This document shows, piece after piece, positions 12,939-29,849 of a stretch of DNA of 64,000 nucleotides. Source of the DNA: the human T2T-CHM13v2.0 reference genome, Homo sapiens; the NCBI RefSeq assembly GCF_009914755.1, contig NC_060926.1. The stretch is one strand, 5' to 3'. The notes under the pieces are model-generated. The model had not been told where the DNA came from, searched no databases, and saw nothing but the letters and a program-made list of their open reading frames with translations. Position numbers and translations under genes: made by a program. Position 1 is the first letter of the stretch; each line of letters starts with the position of its first letter.

Positions 12939-14059
12939 GGGATTTAAGTGTTTTGTGAAACACTTGGGAGATCTTTTACTCTTACTTATGCTGGACTATA
13001 TTGATAGACTACAGCAGGCAGTTAAACGTTAGGATGAATGTGCAGCTGGTAGAAGAGAAAGTGGAGCAGTGTCAGAAGGATAGGGTCACCTGTGCTAGAT
13101 GCCTAAGAGTTGGGGATGTTGACTGATATCACCAAACCTACAAATGTTCTACAACTGTGGAGAAATTTATTGGGGTTTCCTTGTCCTGTAGGCACGTGCT
13201 AAATCACAAGAAAAATTAGAGATCAAAAATGAATGTTTAGTTTCTTTGGAATACAGGTGAACTCTAACCCAGCATGTGAACAACTCTGGCTTAAGACCGT
13301 GGAGACAAAGGGCTGAGGCAATCATGTAAGGCACTGATGTCCATGGATGTAAGATGTTTTCCCATGTGGCCTGTTCATGCCCCCACACCACAGACTGTCC
13401 CTGCAGCAATGGCCTAGGACTGTACTCATCAGCCACTGTGGACCAGGAAATTCCAAACAGCGGACCCTCATGCTCATTAAAGTGCTAAGAAGAAAGCTGA
13501 CGGATTACAGGTGTGCAGACAGTAAACGCTCCGTAAACCAAAAATGCTAGTGCTACAAACAACTAACATTACTCTATACAAGGAATTTTGTCCCTTCATC
13601 AGATGAAAAGGATGAAGGTGGAATTGGAGGTTAGTTTCACTGAAAATAGATAACTTAATTGCCGCCATGACTCTTGCATAGATTGACTAGAAGAAATAAG
13701 TTTCCAAGTCCAAAATTTTTACTTCATTCTAAGTATGGTCCAAATGCGTCATATGCTGGCCATAACTCAACACATTTTAATTAATGGATAAGACCAATCA
13801 ACAGCTGATATAGGTAGGATATTAAACTGCTGGGAAAGTCTTAGCAAAATGCCACAGGCTGTGTGGCTAAAACAACAGAAATATTTTCTCACAGTTTGGA
13901 AGCCCAAGATCAAGGTGTCAGCAAATTTGGTTTCTCCCGAGGCCTCTCTCCTTGGCTTAATGGATAGCCACCTTCTCATTCTGACCTCACACAGACTTTC
14001 CTCTGTGTGTATGCATCTCTGATATCTCTCTGTATGATCTAATCTCCTCTTTTTAAAAC

Positions 14060-15264
<1,205 letters not shown>

Positions 15265-15267
<3 letters not shown>

Positions 15268-17068
15268 ACAAATAAGGAGATCAAATCAGTAATTTAAAAA
15301 AAAAAAAACCTTCCAACAAAGCAAAGCCCAGGACCAGATGGTTTTACAGGTGAATTCTACCAAACATTTAAGGAAGAATTAATACGAATCATCCCAAAAC
15401 TCTTCCAAAAATAGAAGAAGGAACACTTCCAAACTTTTTCTATGAGGCCAGCATCACCCTGATACCAAAGCCAAAAATACCACAGGAAAAGAAAACCACA
15501 GGCCAAGATCCCCAATAAACAGGGATAAAAAAATCCTAAAGAAAACCTTAAAACTGAATTCAACAGCATATTTAATACAAATTATATGCCATGATCCAGT
15601 GGGATTTATCCCTGGGATGCAAGGATGATTCAACATATGCAAATCAATGAATGTGGTATACGACATAATAGAATGAAGGATAAAAATTACATTATTATCT
15701 CAGTAGATGCATAAAAATCATTCGACCAAATTTAACTCCCTTTTAAAAATACTCAACAAATTAGATATAGAAGGAATCTAGCTCAACACAATAAAGGTCA
15801 TATATGAAGAGCTCATAACTAACATTACCCAATAGTGAAAAAGTGAAAGCTTTTCCTTTAAGATCAGGAAAAAGATAAAGAGACCTACATTTGCCACTTC
15901 TCTTCAACATGGTTCTAGAAGTCCTAGTCAGTTAGGACTTTCAGGGCCAATTAGGCAAGAAAAATACATAAAAGTCATTCAAATTGAAAAGGAAGAAGTA
16001 ATTATCTCTGTTTGCAGACCACATGATCTTATATCTAGAAAACCCTAACAACTCTACAAAAAAGTTGTTAGAAGCCATACATAAATTCAGAAAATTTGCA
16101 GGATACAAAGTCAATATACAAAACTCAGTTGCATTTCTATACACTAACAATGAATTATCTGAAAAGAAAATATGTTTTAAATTCCATTTACAATAGCATC
16201 CAAAAAATAAAATACTTGGGAACAAACTTAACTAAGGATGTGCAAGACTTGCATACTGAAAAATATAAAACATTGATGAAATTAAGTAAAGTAGACACAA
16301 ATATGTACATGGGAATACATCCATGTTCATGGATTGGAAGAATTCAAATTGTTGAAATGTACTTACCCAAAGCAGTCTACAGATGTAATGCAATTTCTAT
16401 CAAAATCCCAATGGCATTTTGTACAGAAATAAAATAACATTATCCTAAAATTTATATGGAACCACGAAAAACCCAAAATAGCCAGAGCAATTTCAAACAA
16501 GCACAAAGCTGAAGGCATACACTTGCTGGTTTCAAAATAGATTTTAGAGCTACAGGGATTAAAATAGTATGGTACTGACATTAAAAAGACATATAGACCA
16601 ATGGAACAGAATAGAGAATCCAGAAATAAACCCATGCATATATGATCAACTGATCTTTGACAAGGGTTCTAAGAATACACAATGGGAAAGTGTGGTCTCT
16701 TCAATGGGAAAACTAGGTATTTACACACAAAAGAAAAAAACTGGACCCCTCTCTTACACTACTCACAAAATTTAACTCAAAGTGGATTAAAGACTTAAAC
16801 ATAAGACCTGAAACTATAAGACTCCTAGAAGACAACATAGAGAAAAAGCTTCTGGATGTGTCCTTGGCAATGACTTCTTGAATATGACACCAAAAACACA
16901 GGCAATAAAAGCAAAAACAGACAAGTGGGAGTACATCAAACTAAAAGGCCTCTGCATAGCAATAGAAATAATCAACAAAATTAAAAAGCAGCCTTCAGAA
17001 TGGGAAAAAGTATTTCCAAGCCATATATCTGGTAAAAAGTTAATACTCAAAATATATGAGGAATTCCT
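15265..17068 (+). mobile_element. Inverted L1 ORF2 (RT) segment of the same insertion
   Basis: AAAGCCCAGGACCAGATGG, CTGTTTGCAGACCACATG (degenerate LFADDM); ORFs 16096, 16569 and 16878 are ORF2-like ([14 protein letters not shown]). Confidence 0.92.
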
Positions 17069-17337
17069 GACCTAATTTTCTTACATAGACACCAGATTGG
17101 ATTAGGACCCACCCTATCAGCCTACTTTTAACTCAATTACCCTTTAAAGGCTTTATTTCCAAATTCAGTCACAGTTTGAGGTACAGGGCATTAAGAACTC
17201 AAACACGAATTTGGAAGCATGCAATTAAGTCCATAACAGGTAGCAAGGAAAAATTATAAAATGAATGAATGTCACAATTTTCCTATGAAAGTGAATTGAA
17301 TCCTAATGTAATTCCTCCTATTTTGATTGTTACTAGC

Positions 17338-17780
17338 TGTATTCATTTCCTGTAGCTTCCTTAGCAAAATGCCACAAACTGGTTGGCTTAGAACAACAGA
17401 AATCTATTTCCTCACAGCTCTAGAGGCCAGAAGCCCCAAATCAAGGTATCAGCAGTCCATACTTTCCCTGACAATGATAGGAAAGGATCTGTTCCAGGCC
17501 TGCCTCCAAGATTCTAGGAGGCTTAGGCATTCCTTGATTTCTGGATGGGCATTTTCTTCCTGTGTCTCTTAGAAGGCATTCCTCCTGTGTACATGTCTGT
17601 GTCCACATTTTCCCATTTTATAATGACATTAGAATTAGGGGCTTATCCTACTCCCATATGAACTCATCTTAAATAATTATATCTGCAATGACCCTATTTC
17701 CAAATAAGGTCCCATTCTGGGCGACCGGAAGTTAAACTTCATTATGTGAATATTGAAAAGGACAAAATTCAACCCATACA
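17338..17780 (-). mobile_element. MLT1C-like MaLR LTR
   Basis: TGTATTCATTTCC...ATCTGCAATGACCCTATTTCCAAATAAGGTC...CCCATACA. Confidence 0.82.
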
Positions 17781-18260
17781 CCATACAAAATGTTAAAAGA
17801 ATTCAATGTCATAGACTAAAATCAAGAAGCCTGAACTCTAAACAGACTTTTACCCCTTCTCCCCCACTCACTCCTACCAAAAACAACCAACAACAACAAC
17901 AAAAAAAAAAAAAAAAAACAAGAAAAAGAAGAAATGAAGAAGAAATAGTCTGAACTATCATTCATGGATCAATCAGGTCCAAATCCCTTAGCCAAAATTA
18001 CTTTACTATGTTTGAAGTTTACATAATTGCATAATTCATGAACTTCCTAAGTCATCTCCTTGCTGGAAACATTAATGTGGTATCTGATTATACTAAACAG
18101 GTAAATGGTTCACATGAGAAATATGAGAAATTCTGTGGCTCTTGTGATCTATCACTGACCAACGAGTTGGTTTCTCCTGAAGTCCAGAGAATCTTTATTC
18201 ATTATAGAAATCAAGTCAAATAAAAACCAATTTTTTCAGTGAACTTAGAGCTCTGCATAG

Positions 18261-18611
<351 letters not shown>

Positions 18612-18957
18612 AAAATATATTCTTTAAAAGCATTGTATTTAAGCTTTACAATCTTTATTTTGAACATCTGAAAGGCAGAAAGAAAAGGTGTTTGAATTGG
18701 TTCCCATTTGGATAAAGTAGCTTAAGCAAAATAACAACCATCTAATTTTTAATAGCTGTCAATGGCTCTTCAGGGTGGCTCTTGAGGATTGTATGTAACT
18801 TGGCTTCATAGTTATTTTTAGTCACTGTGACCCCATTTCCCCCTAGATTTTACCCTCTAGAATCAGACCTAATTCAATGCCTAAAATACCTGTGCTAAGA
18901 AACACAGAAAACAAAGAAGCAAAATTTTAATCATCCTAATAAAAGATGAAAGAATTC

Positions 18958-19260
18958 GGCTGGGCGTGGTGGCTCACGCCTGTAATCCCAGCACTTTGGG
19001 AGGCCAAGGTGGGCGGATCACGAGGTCAGGAGATCGAGACCATCCTGGCTAACATGGTGAAACCCCTTCTCTACTTCAAAAAAAAAAAAAATACAAAAAA
19101 TTAGCCGGGCGTGGTGGTGGGTGCCTGTAGTCCCAGCTACTCGGGAGGCTGAGGAAGGAGAATGGTGTGAAGCCAGGAGGCGGAGCTTGCAGTGAGCCAA
19201 GATGCGCCACTACACTCCAGCCTCGCAACAGAGAGAGACTCCGTCTCAAAAAAAAAAAAA
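18958..19260 (+). mobile_element. AluY
   Basis: AluY diagnostics; TSD AAAGATGAAAGAATTC. Confidence 0.96.
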
Positions 19261-19634
19261 AAAGATGAAAGAATTCAAAAATATACATTCTCTGACTCAG
19301 CAAAATAAATAGAGTAGATAATCAGAAATGACGCCCTACAAGATGGAAATCCAAACAGACACGGGGGAGAAACTTTCAAGGCCATCTGGCCTGGCTTGGA
19401 TTATAATTCACCCAAGACATGTTAAGATTAAGGGAATAAAGAAGACAATATTAATCATCGGAAATGAAACAAAGAGCCTATATTATCTATTTACTTATAA
19501 AATTTTTGTAAAGGGTGTAAAACATCAACTTTGGAAGTTACTTTCTATATATTTAACTTTGACTTGCTATTTTAAAAGGTGTATCTGTAGATTCATTATA
19601 TTAGTAAATACTCACACATAGGAAAGTGGAAATC

Positions 19635-19925
19635 TTTTTTTTTTTTTTTTTTTTTTTTTTTTGAGATAGCATCTCACTCTGTCACCCAGGCTCAGCTCAC
19701 TGCAACCTCCACCTCCTGGGTTCAAGCGGTTCTCCTGCTCCAGCCTCCTGAGTAGCTGGGATTATAGGCATGTGCCACCGTGCCCGGCTAATATTTGTAT
19801 TTTTAGTGGAGACAGGGTTTTGCCATGTTGTCCAGGCTGGTCTCCAACTCCTAACCTCAGGTGATCTGCCTGCCTCGGCCTCCCAAAGTGTTGGGATTAC
19901 AGGATTGAGCCATCGCGCCCGGCCA
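19635..19925 (-). mobile_element. AluSx with short internal deletion
   Basis: CCCAGGCT/CAGCTCACT junction; TSD AGGAAASTGGAAWTCT. Confidence 0.93.
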
Positions 19926-20406
19926 GGAAACTGGAATTCTGACTGATGTTTAAACTTTGGGCAGTGCCTCCAAATTACATTGATAGAGAAAGAAAGCACC
20001 CAGATTAAATGTCACATATAAGATAGTTTTGTGACAAACTTCTAAATTCTACAAACAAATGTACACAGACACAAAAAATCACATATTGACAAATGAGTGT
20101 GATGGTGATGGTTTATATGTCACTTGGACTTTGTTACTTTTCTGTTAAGTCAGAAAGGGCTTCCTAGAAGGTAGAGCAGAAATAGGGACAAGGTGGCATG
20201 AGTAAGTGAGCCCTCTGGCCCTTCAACATTCATCAGCTTAAACCAAATTCAGATAATTCTCACTACTGTTTGCCTCTGTACACATATGCACACAGCGTAT
20301 GTGATCCTTAAGTGTGATGGTGGGAAGGGCTGAATCAAACATACCTAAGACATCTTTTCATGAGATTTTACCCGTTAACTATTGGAAAAACAAGGATCCG
20401 CTTTTC

Positions 20407-20500
20407 TGTGTGTGTGTGTGTGTGTATGTGTGTGTGTCTGTGTGGTGTGTGTGTGTGTGTGTGTCTGTGTGGTTTTTTTTTGTTGTTGTTGTTGTTGCTG
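20407..20500. repeat. (TG)n then (TTG)n microsatellite
   Basis: Direct inspection. Confidence 0.92.
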
Positions 20501-21259
20501 TGATACTTCAACATGTCTTTCCTCAGATATATAAAGTTTGTGCGTTATGGTTAAATGCTGAAATTGCTCTTTCACTAACAAATCCTCCTAGAAATTTTAT
20601 ATTATTGACTTGATATGACAAATATCAAGCCATTTCTTCTTCTTATGTCAACATAAACTTTTGAAAGTTTATAGAGTTATTGTTATTGGTACAGATTTTT
20701 CATCTTCATTGCAGCATCATAGCACACAAGTGCCTCTATTTGATTCTTCTGCTAAATGTGCCTTTACTAAAATTAATTTCAATAAATTGATGCTTTGAGA
20801 ACCTCTGATCAATGACTGTTTTAAGTATACAGCAATGAAACCAGAAGATTAAACAAGATGATTCTTGATCAACTTGATGAGGGCAAGAGGAAGCGTAGCA
20901 AATCCAGCAAACAAATATGTGCATGGAAAAGACCCCAGGTGAGTCTTTAAGCCATAGAAATTACACTTAATTTTTGTGATTTTTCTTACATAGATACTTG
21001 TCTGTGGTACCCAGCCCTGTAGAGAAGGGTTTTGCTAAAGTCTTTGTTACAGGGGGAGGGGAAAAAAGAAAGGAATTCCATCAAGCAATAAAATTTGCAG
21101 AACTTAAAAATATTTTTTACATTTACCCCAAGGATTATGAAAGCAGCAGAATTGTGAATGCCAATTGGGGAAGTGACTAGACAATTGGCTTTCTTCCCCC
21201 ACCAAAAAGAGAAATAACCGATTATTCATACATGCAGTCAGATCAGATTATCTGCCTTG

Positions 21260-21260
21260 C

Positions 21261-21319
<59 letters not shown>

Positions 21320-21573
21320 AGACAGAGTCTCTCTCTGTCATGCAGTGGCACCATCTTCCGCCTCCTGGGTTCAAGTGATTCTTCTGCCTCAGCCTCCCAA
21401 GTAGCTGGGATTACAGGAATGTGCCACCATGCCCAGCTAATATTTGTATTTTTAGTAGAGATGAGGTTTCACCTTGTTGGCCAGGCTGGTCTTGAACTCC
21501 TAACCTCAGGTGATCCATCCACCTTGGTCTCCCAAAGTGCTGAGATTACAGGTGTGAGCCATCATGCCCAGCC
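21260..21573 (-). mobile_element. AluSx with T44 tail and two small deletions
   Basis: T run 21275-21318; body to GCCCAGCC. Confidence 0.92.
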
Positions 21574-22481
21574 TGCCTTCCCTTCTAATTTTTCTGTGGT
21601 TCTGGCTCCTCCAGGACCCAGCATAGAGTTCACCAATCACACTGACTAGGGTTAGAGGTCAATGGGTAAAGCATAGTATGGAGGTTGCATTACAAACTAA
21701 TAGTGGGAATGAAATTGAGCTAGGCCAGGGTCTTTTGCACGGTAAGCCTATACACCCAGAACAATCAACACATGGAGTCTTGGTTGACTGCACTATCAGA
21801 TAAATAAAGAAGGGTTGGCCAGAAGTCAACAGGTCACAGCCATAAAAGTTCTTGGGTCTTTTCTCCTACCGCTTAAGCCATCACAGATCGATGGGATGCT
21901 GTACTCAAATCTCTTCCTGTCACATGTGTTGATGGGGCCATGAAGTGTGGCTGCCCTGCCTTCACCACAGTGGTCATCAGTGACTACACATTTATAGACC
22001 AAAGACTCAATAAATAGATGTTGAATAAAGAAAGCAGAATTTCAACTGAACAGTGGATAACGGGCTAAAAGGGAAACAGGCCTCAAAGTTAGTAACATTT
22101 TCAATAAAAAGGCAAAATAACACCTGTACTGACTATAAAATATGACACAGATTCATAAAGCCACACTAAGAAGTATGTTATGTTTTTTTTTTCTTCTTAT
22201 CAGAACTTTTGAGCCCAGGGAAGAAGGGAGATATACCTTCTTCTCATTACTCCTTAGCCATACCATCCCTGCTATATCTTACCTCATTCTCAACACTGTT
22301 TCGGGTTCTGAGAGGCAGAGGGAGGAAAAGATGAACTTCAAGAAGCAGAAAGTAAAAAAGAAAGTGGAAAGAAATGTGGAAAGGACAATTCTACCAGCCA
22401 GTGTTCAAGGAAGCAAAACTTAAAGTGTTTAAAAGGCTTAAAGAATGTGCTTAAAGCATTTAAAGAAAAAGAATCACTCCC

Positions 22482-22723
22482 TTTTTTTCTCCTTATTTTA
22501 TTTCATTTTTTGAGACAGAGTCTAGATCTGTCACCCAGGCTGGAGTGGAGTGGCATGATCTCGGCTCACTGCAACCTCCACTTGCCAGGTTCAAGTGATT
22601 CTCATGCCTCAGCCTCCTGAGTAGGTGGGATTACAGGCACACGCCACCACGCCTGGCTATTTTTCTTGTATTTTTGGTAAAGACAGGGTTTTGCCATGTT
22701 GGCGAGGCTGATCTGGAACTCCT
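22482..22723 (-). mobile_element. 5'-truncated AluS
   Basis: Stops at CTGGAACTCCTG. Confidence 0.9.
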
Positions 22724-22799
22724 GTTGCATATATAAACAACAGCAAGTGTGCACGCTCACACCCTCCCCTCATCTAACCCGGTTTCCCTTTCTGGCTAC

Positions 22800-23270
22800 C
22801 ACTCTTATTATTCTCCTCATTCCTCTCCCATTATTCCAATGTGCAAGTGATCCCCACCAGCTCCATTTCTCCAAACCTCTTACCTCTGTGGCTTTGGCAG
22901 TCAGACTTCCCTCCATTTCTCCCCCAGAAGTTGTATTTGCCTATGTCACTGGTGATCCAGCTTTTGCTGAATCTAACCGAAATACTTTAGATCCTCAATC
23001 CTGTTTGACACCATGGCAGCACTTAGCACTGTTGATATTAACTCCTTCTGAAAGTTGTGCTCATCTTTGTCCCCCTGTGATACTAGCTTTCCTGGTTCAC
23101 CTCCTGCTGTCCTCTTCTCCATGTCTTTTGCAGGCTTTCTTTATTCTAACCACAACTCTCTTGGTTTCTCTTAGACCCTAATTCTCAGCTCTCTTCTTCA
23201 TTTACTCTCCACCTGCTTCTGTGCAGATTACAGGCACACCTGTGGCTTCCACTTCAACCTAGCTGACCAC
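22800..23270 (+). mobile_element. L2 ORF2 (RT) fragment
   Basis: GTCACTGGTGATCC...GGCAGCACTTAGCACTGTTGA resembles L2 VTNDL...AAFDTVD region. Confidence 0.65.
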
Positions 23271-23569
23271 TTTCTTGCCTTGGTCCTAAAGCTACATTTC
23301 CAACCAGTCCATGAGAGGAAAGAGCTTGAAGTGCGTACAAATATTATATCAAACTTAGAAGTTATATACCATAAACAATGGCATGAACAGAACCCAAGAT
23401 CAAGGACAATTATTGAAGTAGGGCTAGAGTGGAGACTTCACTGGGTTCCATACTCTCAACTAGCCTGAAGATCCAAATGGCCAAGTGTGGAGCAACAGAT
23501 TCAGGGACACATCCAAAAAGAGACTAGAGATCAGTGCTGTGGGATCTGGGATAGAAGGGAGGATTGAGT

Positions 23570-23619
23570 TATTGTGGATAAAAGTATAAATGGGTATTGT
23601 GGATAAAAGTATAAATGGG
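23570..23619. repeat. Perfect 25-bp tandem duplication
   Basis: (TATTGTGGATAAAAGTATAAATGGG)2. Confidence 0.95.
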
Positions 23620-23939
23620 TTTTTCACTTATAGTGAAAAACACAGTAATAACTTCAGGGCTAGTCCAACAGCATGGCTTAAAATGTGGATAAAAGATTAC
23701 CAGAATTCCTACTAAGTCCAGGGAAATTTAAGGGGCATGCCAGTGGAGCATACCAACAAAGATACACGAATTCTGTAGCCACGGTCAAGAGGCTAAGGGG
23801 TCAGAAATTTGAGCCGATCATTAACTGTTCTATTCTTTTTCCATGAAGTTCTAAGTATAGAATTATACATTTGTTTTTGTTAAATTTTGTCTTATCGGTT
23901 TCTGCCTAGTGTTCTAGATGTCAAAATAAGTTTGAATCT

Positions 23940-24480
23940 CAGTTCTTTCATCTGTCTATATTAGCTCTTCTTGTCACTTGGCTCTGTATCATCTGCAAAT
24001 TTTATGTGGCCTTCTATGTCTTAGCCAAGCAATTGATAAAAGGTTGAACTCAGCCAAGAATCAAACAACATGATGTTTTCTCTTCAGCATTTCCTCTAGT
24101 TGACAACAACCCATTAGTCAATACTTTTTTGGAAGTTATCGTTCAACTGGCCACAATTTTAATGGATTGACCCAATACCAATCTAATATTTCATTATTTT
24201 GTCTACCAGGCTATCATTTGTCTTTGGCAAATGCTATTTTGAAATCAAGGCAGGCATTTTAAACGTTTCCGTCAATTTTTCCTGCTCCACCAATGTAGAA
24301 GTGTAATGAGGAAAGAGGATGATTATGAGTTTGGCATGACTTTTCCTAGTGAGTCACTGCTTCCTCTTCTCTGCTCACACGCCATCTGTTTAATATTCTA
24401 TTTTAGAAACTTTCCCCAAAATGAAATCTGATTTGCTAGTGTGTTGTTTGCAGAATTCCTCTTTTTCAAAAGTGAGAGAG
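23940..24480 (-). mobile_element. L3/CR1 LINE RT fragment
   Basis: GTATCATCTGCAAAT is antisense FADDT; TTTGGCATGACTT and GGCAAATGC...GAAATCAAG are CR1-like. Confidence 0.75.
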
Positions 24481-25944
24481 GCTTTGTTCATCACCAATAT
24501 CCTGGTCCTGCCTTCCCCTTCCAGGGTCAGATGGTTTAAAGATTCCTGAAAGGGACTCTGAATTCACATACAGGTCTGCTCCCTTTAACCCTTATAAAAC
24601 GGAGTCATCGGAAATTCGGAGATGGCCTTAGTATTTCCATATCTATCCTCTGCTGTTTTTCTTCTCTGATGATGAAAATATAGAACCCACCAGTTTGATT
24701 ACCATTCTTCTTGTTGGAGATGGTAGAAACAAAAGTGCCTCTCCTTTGTCGTCAGTTACAATCTCATCATCTGCCTCAAGCAACTGGACTTCGTCCAACC
24801 TATTGGCTCTGGACATCACGTCTACACCCTCTATCCTTCTTCATTTACTCAGATCTCAACAAATTCTGACCTTTGGTCTGTGACAGTATTTTCACGTGCT
24901 CCCGCTGCTCTGTCTACTTCTCCTACAAGTCTTTTGTAAGCATGATGTCATTCCAAGGCTTCCTGTGTGGCTATACAAATCCATGCTCCTTGACTTTTCT
25001 GAATGTCACAAATACCTTTTTAAAGATCTCTCCCTCCCCAAAATAACATTATAGCATTGACCTTATCCCCAGGATCTTGTTTAATCCTCTTGGATCTCCT
25101 TCCACCCAAAGGGAGTGTCAGTCAGGCAAGCAGGAGTTGGCTGGGCTGGTTTGTGCAGGTGTATGACCTGCACAACGAAATAGCAGCCGCCCTCCACGCC
25201 CAAGATGCTCTTCAGTAGAAAGGAACCCAAATCCTTTCCCATAGTCTCTTCTCCAACGCCCTCCAAATTTCATCCCAAATCCCATCTCCAAAGTGGAAAC
25301 TTACAGGATTGTTGCTTAGTTTCTGATTACCGCATTTTCAGGTGGCTCTGCTCATTATACATCATTAGCCTGAGAAGAGGATACTATTCCTGGGGCAAGA
25401 AGAAATAACTCTGACACAGTCCAGTTTTTACATGAGGTCTGCCCACCTGTTCTGACTCAAACTAAATTCTTGGCTCACTTACATGTTGCAAACTCAAGAA
25501 CAGAATCTCTTGACAGTTTCTATTTATCTAACCTAAGTCTTCATATTCCTCACTGACCCAGACATGTTCTTCTGAATCTATGTGTTTAATACATTCTGTT
25601 TCTCCTAACATCACCTACAGACTATTCTTAAGTTTATATAAACATACTGCTTTAGCTTTATACACCCTCCAACCAAATACATTTTATATAATTAACAGTT
25701 TAATATATTTCGCTCTTTTAGTTTGATAGATTTTTTTTTCCTGTCAATACTATACCTCATATCTAGTTTGAGTTAGATTGGGAGAGCTGAGAGAAAATAT
25801 TTTCCAGAATTTTCTTTCTTAACAAAGAACAATTTTTTCCCAAAATATCTTTTGATATCTGATTGTAAGTAGTTGCCTTTGTACATATTTTCCACAAGCC
25901 ACCCTACTGAATGTGGAAAAATGAATATATTTTATCGGACTTGT

Positions 25945-26099
25945 CAACAGCCATTGCTCTCCTGACCTACTCTACATATTTTGAACTTGCCAGCTCCCAG
26001 ATTCACAGAATTATAAGAGCCAATTCCTTAAAATAAGTATCTTTATTATATATTAGCCTCCTACTGGTTTTGCTTCTCTGGAGAACCCTGACTGATACA
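25945..26099 (+). mobile_element. MLT2 (ERVL) LTR 3' fragment
   Basis: GAGCCAATTCCTTAAAATAA...CTCTGGAGAACCCTGACTGATACA. Confidence 0.8.
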
Positions 26100-26691
26100 C
26101 AATTTAATACAGCCATAACTCTAGATCCTTGATGAAAAGCTTTTCCCTGTCAGTGTTTTAGAAAAATTATCGATTCCTGAAGAATTAAAATAAGTCTGGT
26201 TTTCTATTAGAAGGTGATCCAAAACTGCACATAAGCACTAATACAGGCCTTGCTGGGAACTCCAGAAGTGAGGGAAGGAGCCAGGAGATGCCACCAGGAC
26301 AGAAAGGCCAGTGGTCCATGAAAAATTCACTCCAAGCTGGGCTGACATCCTTCTGTAGGGGTGGGAATGGCAGGACTTCCATAAAGTGTCCCAGTCAGAG
26401 ACTGTGTGTTGCCTACATGTTAGGGTAAGAGGCCCTAGAAGTTGGGACTACTCAGCAGAAATGCCTCACAGGATGATTAAGGGGAGAAGTTCAGGGCTGT
26501 ATTCAGAGCTGAAGAAGAATGGGACCAAAAGCCAGAGGTGTGGAGGAAGCGACCACAGGACTGACTGGCCTCTGCAGTGAGGGGCAGAGGAAGCCAGAAG
26601 GCTAGCACTAGCATGGGCATCATGACATGGGATCGGAGACAATTTTTGAATTTGCAGACACTGTCCCCAGTCCCTACCCTACTATCCCACT

Positions 26692-27003
26692 GTTTTTTGG
26701 GGGGATGGGTTTTTTGTTGCAGGATCTCACTCTGTTCCCCAAGCTGGAGGGCAGTACGGTGATCATAGCCCACAAAAGCCTCAACCTCCAGAAGTCAAGT
26801 AATCCTCCTACCTCAGCCTCCCAAGTAGCTGGGACTAGGGGCACATGCCACCACACCCAGTTTATTTTTTTATTTTTATTTTTTATAGACACAAGGTCTT
26901 GCTATGTTGCCCAGGCTGGTCTTGAACTCCTGGCCTCAAGTGATTGTTCCACCTCGGCCTCCCAAAATGCTGGAACTACAGGCATGAGCCACCACACCTG
27001 GCC
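26692..27003 (-). mobile_element. AluJ
   Basis: GGTCTTGCTATGTTGCCCAGGCTGG. Confidence 0.92.
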
Positions 27004-27469
27004 TTCCTCACTCTTAATACAAGAGAAATTAACCCAGTACAAGCCAGCTTCTCAATGGTTCAGCCTGCACAAGACTGAGCCTGCTGGTATCAGGTTATGA
27101 TAGCTAGAGCAGGGGCAGAAGTTGATGGATGCTTCTAATGTTGCACACTTAGTCCAGATTTCCAATTTGTGTGGGAACAGGAACTATTTGAGATTGCTTG
27201 TTTTTAGAAATATGTTCAAATTCAAAATAATGAAATTTAAAATTATTTGATTTAGCGTTTTGGCTTTAAATAAAATCATTTCAGTGTTTTTCTTTACTGA
27301 ATTATTATGCTGATAATTCAATTTGCCTAATCTTTTCCATTTTAATTTTAATAACTATACAAACATACTCTAAATTTTTTAATTCTACTTTCTTCCACAG
27401 ATTTTTCAAGAAAATTAACATGTGTTCAGATTTCTATATGTTTCTATGCATTAATAGTTGAGATATCTT

Positions 27470-27582
27470 TCATTCAAATATTTATTTCTACACACATTTG
27501 TGAACTACCTACAAGTCCATGACACTGCATTAGGTGTGGGGATGACACAAACAAAATTGCAAACATTATCCCTCCCTAAAAG
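27470..27582 (-). mobile_element. L2 3' fragment
   Basis: TTCATTCAAATATTTAT...CACTGCATTAGGTG. Confidence 0.5.
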
Positions 27583-27772
27583 ATTAAATTTTTCATATTT
27601 ATTTTTCCCTAATCTTCTCATTAGAATGCAATTTAAAGGCATTACCTCAAAGAAAAAAAAAATTACTCCTCAGGAAATGTGGACGTTAACTGGTTCTAAA
27701 ACAGATTATTCCTACTGTTATGAAAATAAATGTTTAAGAATCCCCCAGAAAACTTGCTACATGCCTGCCTAG

Positions 27773-28370
<598 letters not shown>

Positions 28371-28521
28371 TGAATGTGACTCTCCATTGATCTTAAAGGT
28401 GAAGCTACATTTTGCTTTCATTAGGCATTATGTATAACCCCCTACACTGTTGTTTCATCTACCTGTTGCCTTCTACTCCTGATTGTGGCTGTCCTGGAAA
28501 CCTGGCCTTCCACTGATCTGA

Positions 28522-29132
<611 letters not shown>

Positions 29133-29849
29133 TATTTAATAGGCTAGATCCAACATAGGTGAAGGGCCATAGCTCTTTCCTAAATAAGGTGGGCAATACG
29201 ACAGACTTTGCCATTTCCCCCCTTTTCATAAATTTTATTAAAATCCTTTAACACAGATGGGTTTAGCCCTTCAGGGAGCCTTCCCAGCACCTGGCAGTAA
29301 ACCCACCTGTTCTACGAGCAAGCAGTTCTCAGTAGGTTTCAACCACTCAGATGCTTCCAGATGATAGTTTCTCAGTAAATCCTTAGTTTCTTCTGCTGTG
29401 AGAAACAGCTTAAGGGACTCCTGAGCCTTTCCCAGGCCTTTCTACTTCCTATCCTCTGATCTTGATGCCTCATTTTTATTTTTGAGGTGATCTCGACATC
29501 CACATCCTCTTTTTTGTTTTCAATTATTTTAACCACATTTTATGCCCTCCGCTTCTTAAGGTGTTCTTGTCTGTCTACAGATAAAGCGTCAGTGAGTGAT
29601 CATAGGGGATCATGTACAGCAGAGCTCTCACAGAACATAAAGTTTGTTGCACAATTTGGCTATTGGTATCATCAGATTTATCTTTTAACCTCTGCTCGTT
29701 GTGGAATTTTCTGTCGGACAAAAAATATTTTATTTGAAGCATCTTCAGTTCTTTAGCTTTCTTTTTTTCCTCAGGCATCCTACCTGGTTTCCACTCCTGA
29801 TTGTCTTTCTCATCATTACAGTGTTCAGGTTTCTATGGCTGCGTTCACG

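Noticed and set aside
25151-25175. 10-bp hairpin TTGTGCAGGT-GTATG-ACCTGCACAA
   Set aside because: Short enough for chance and may be a MER91-like remnant
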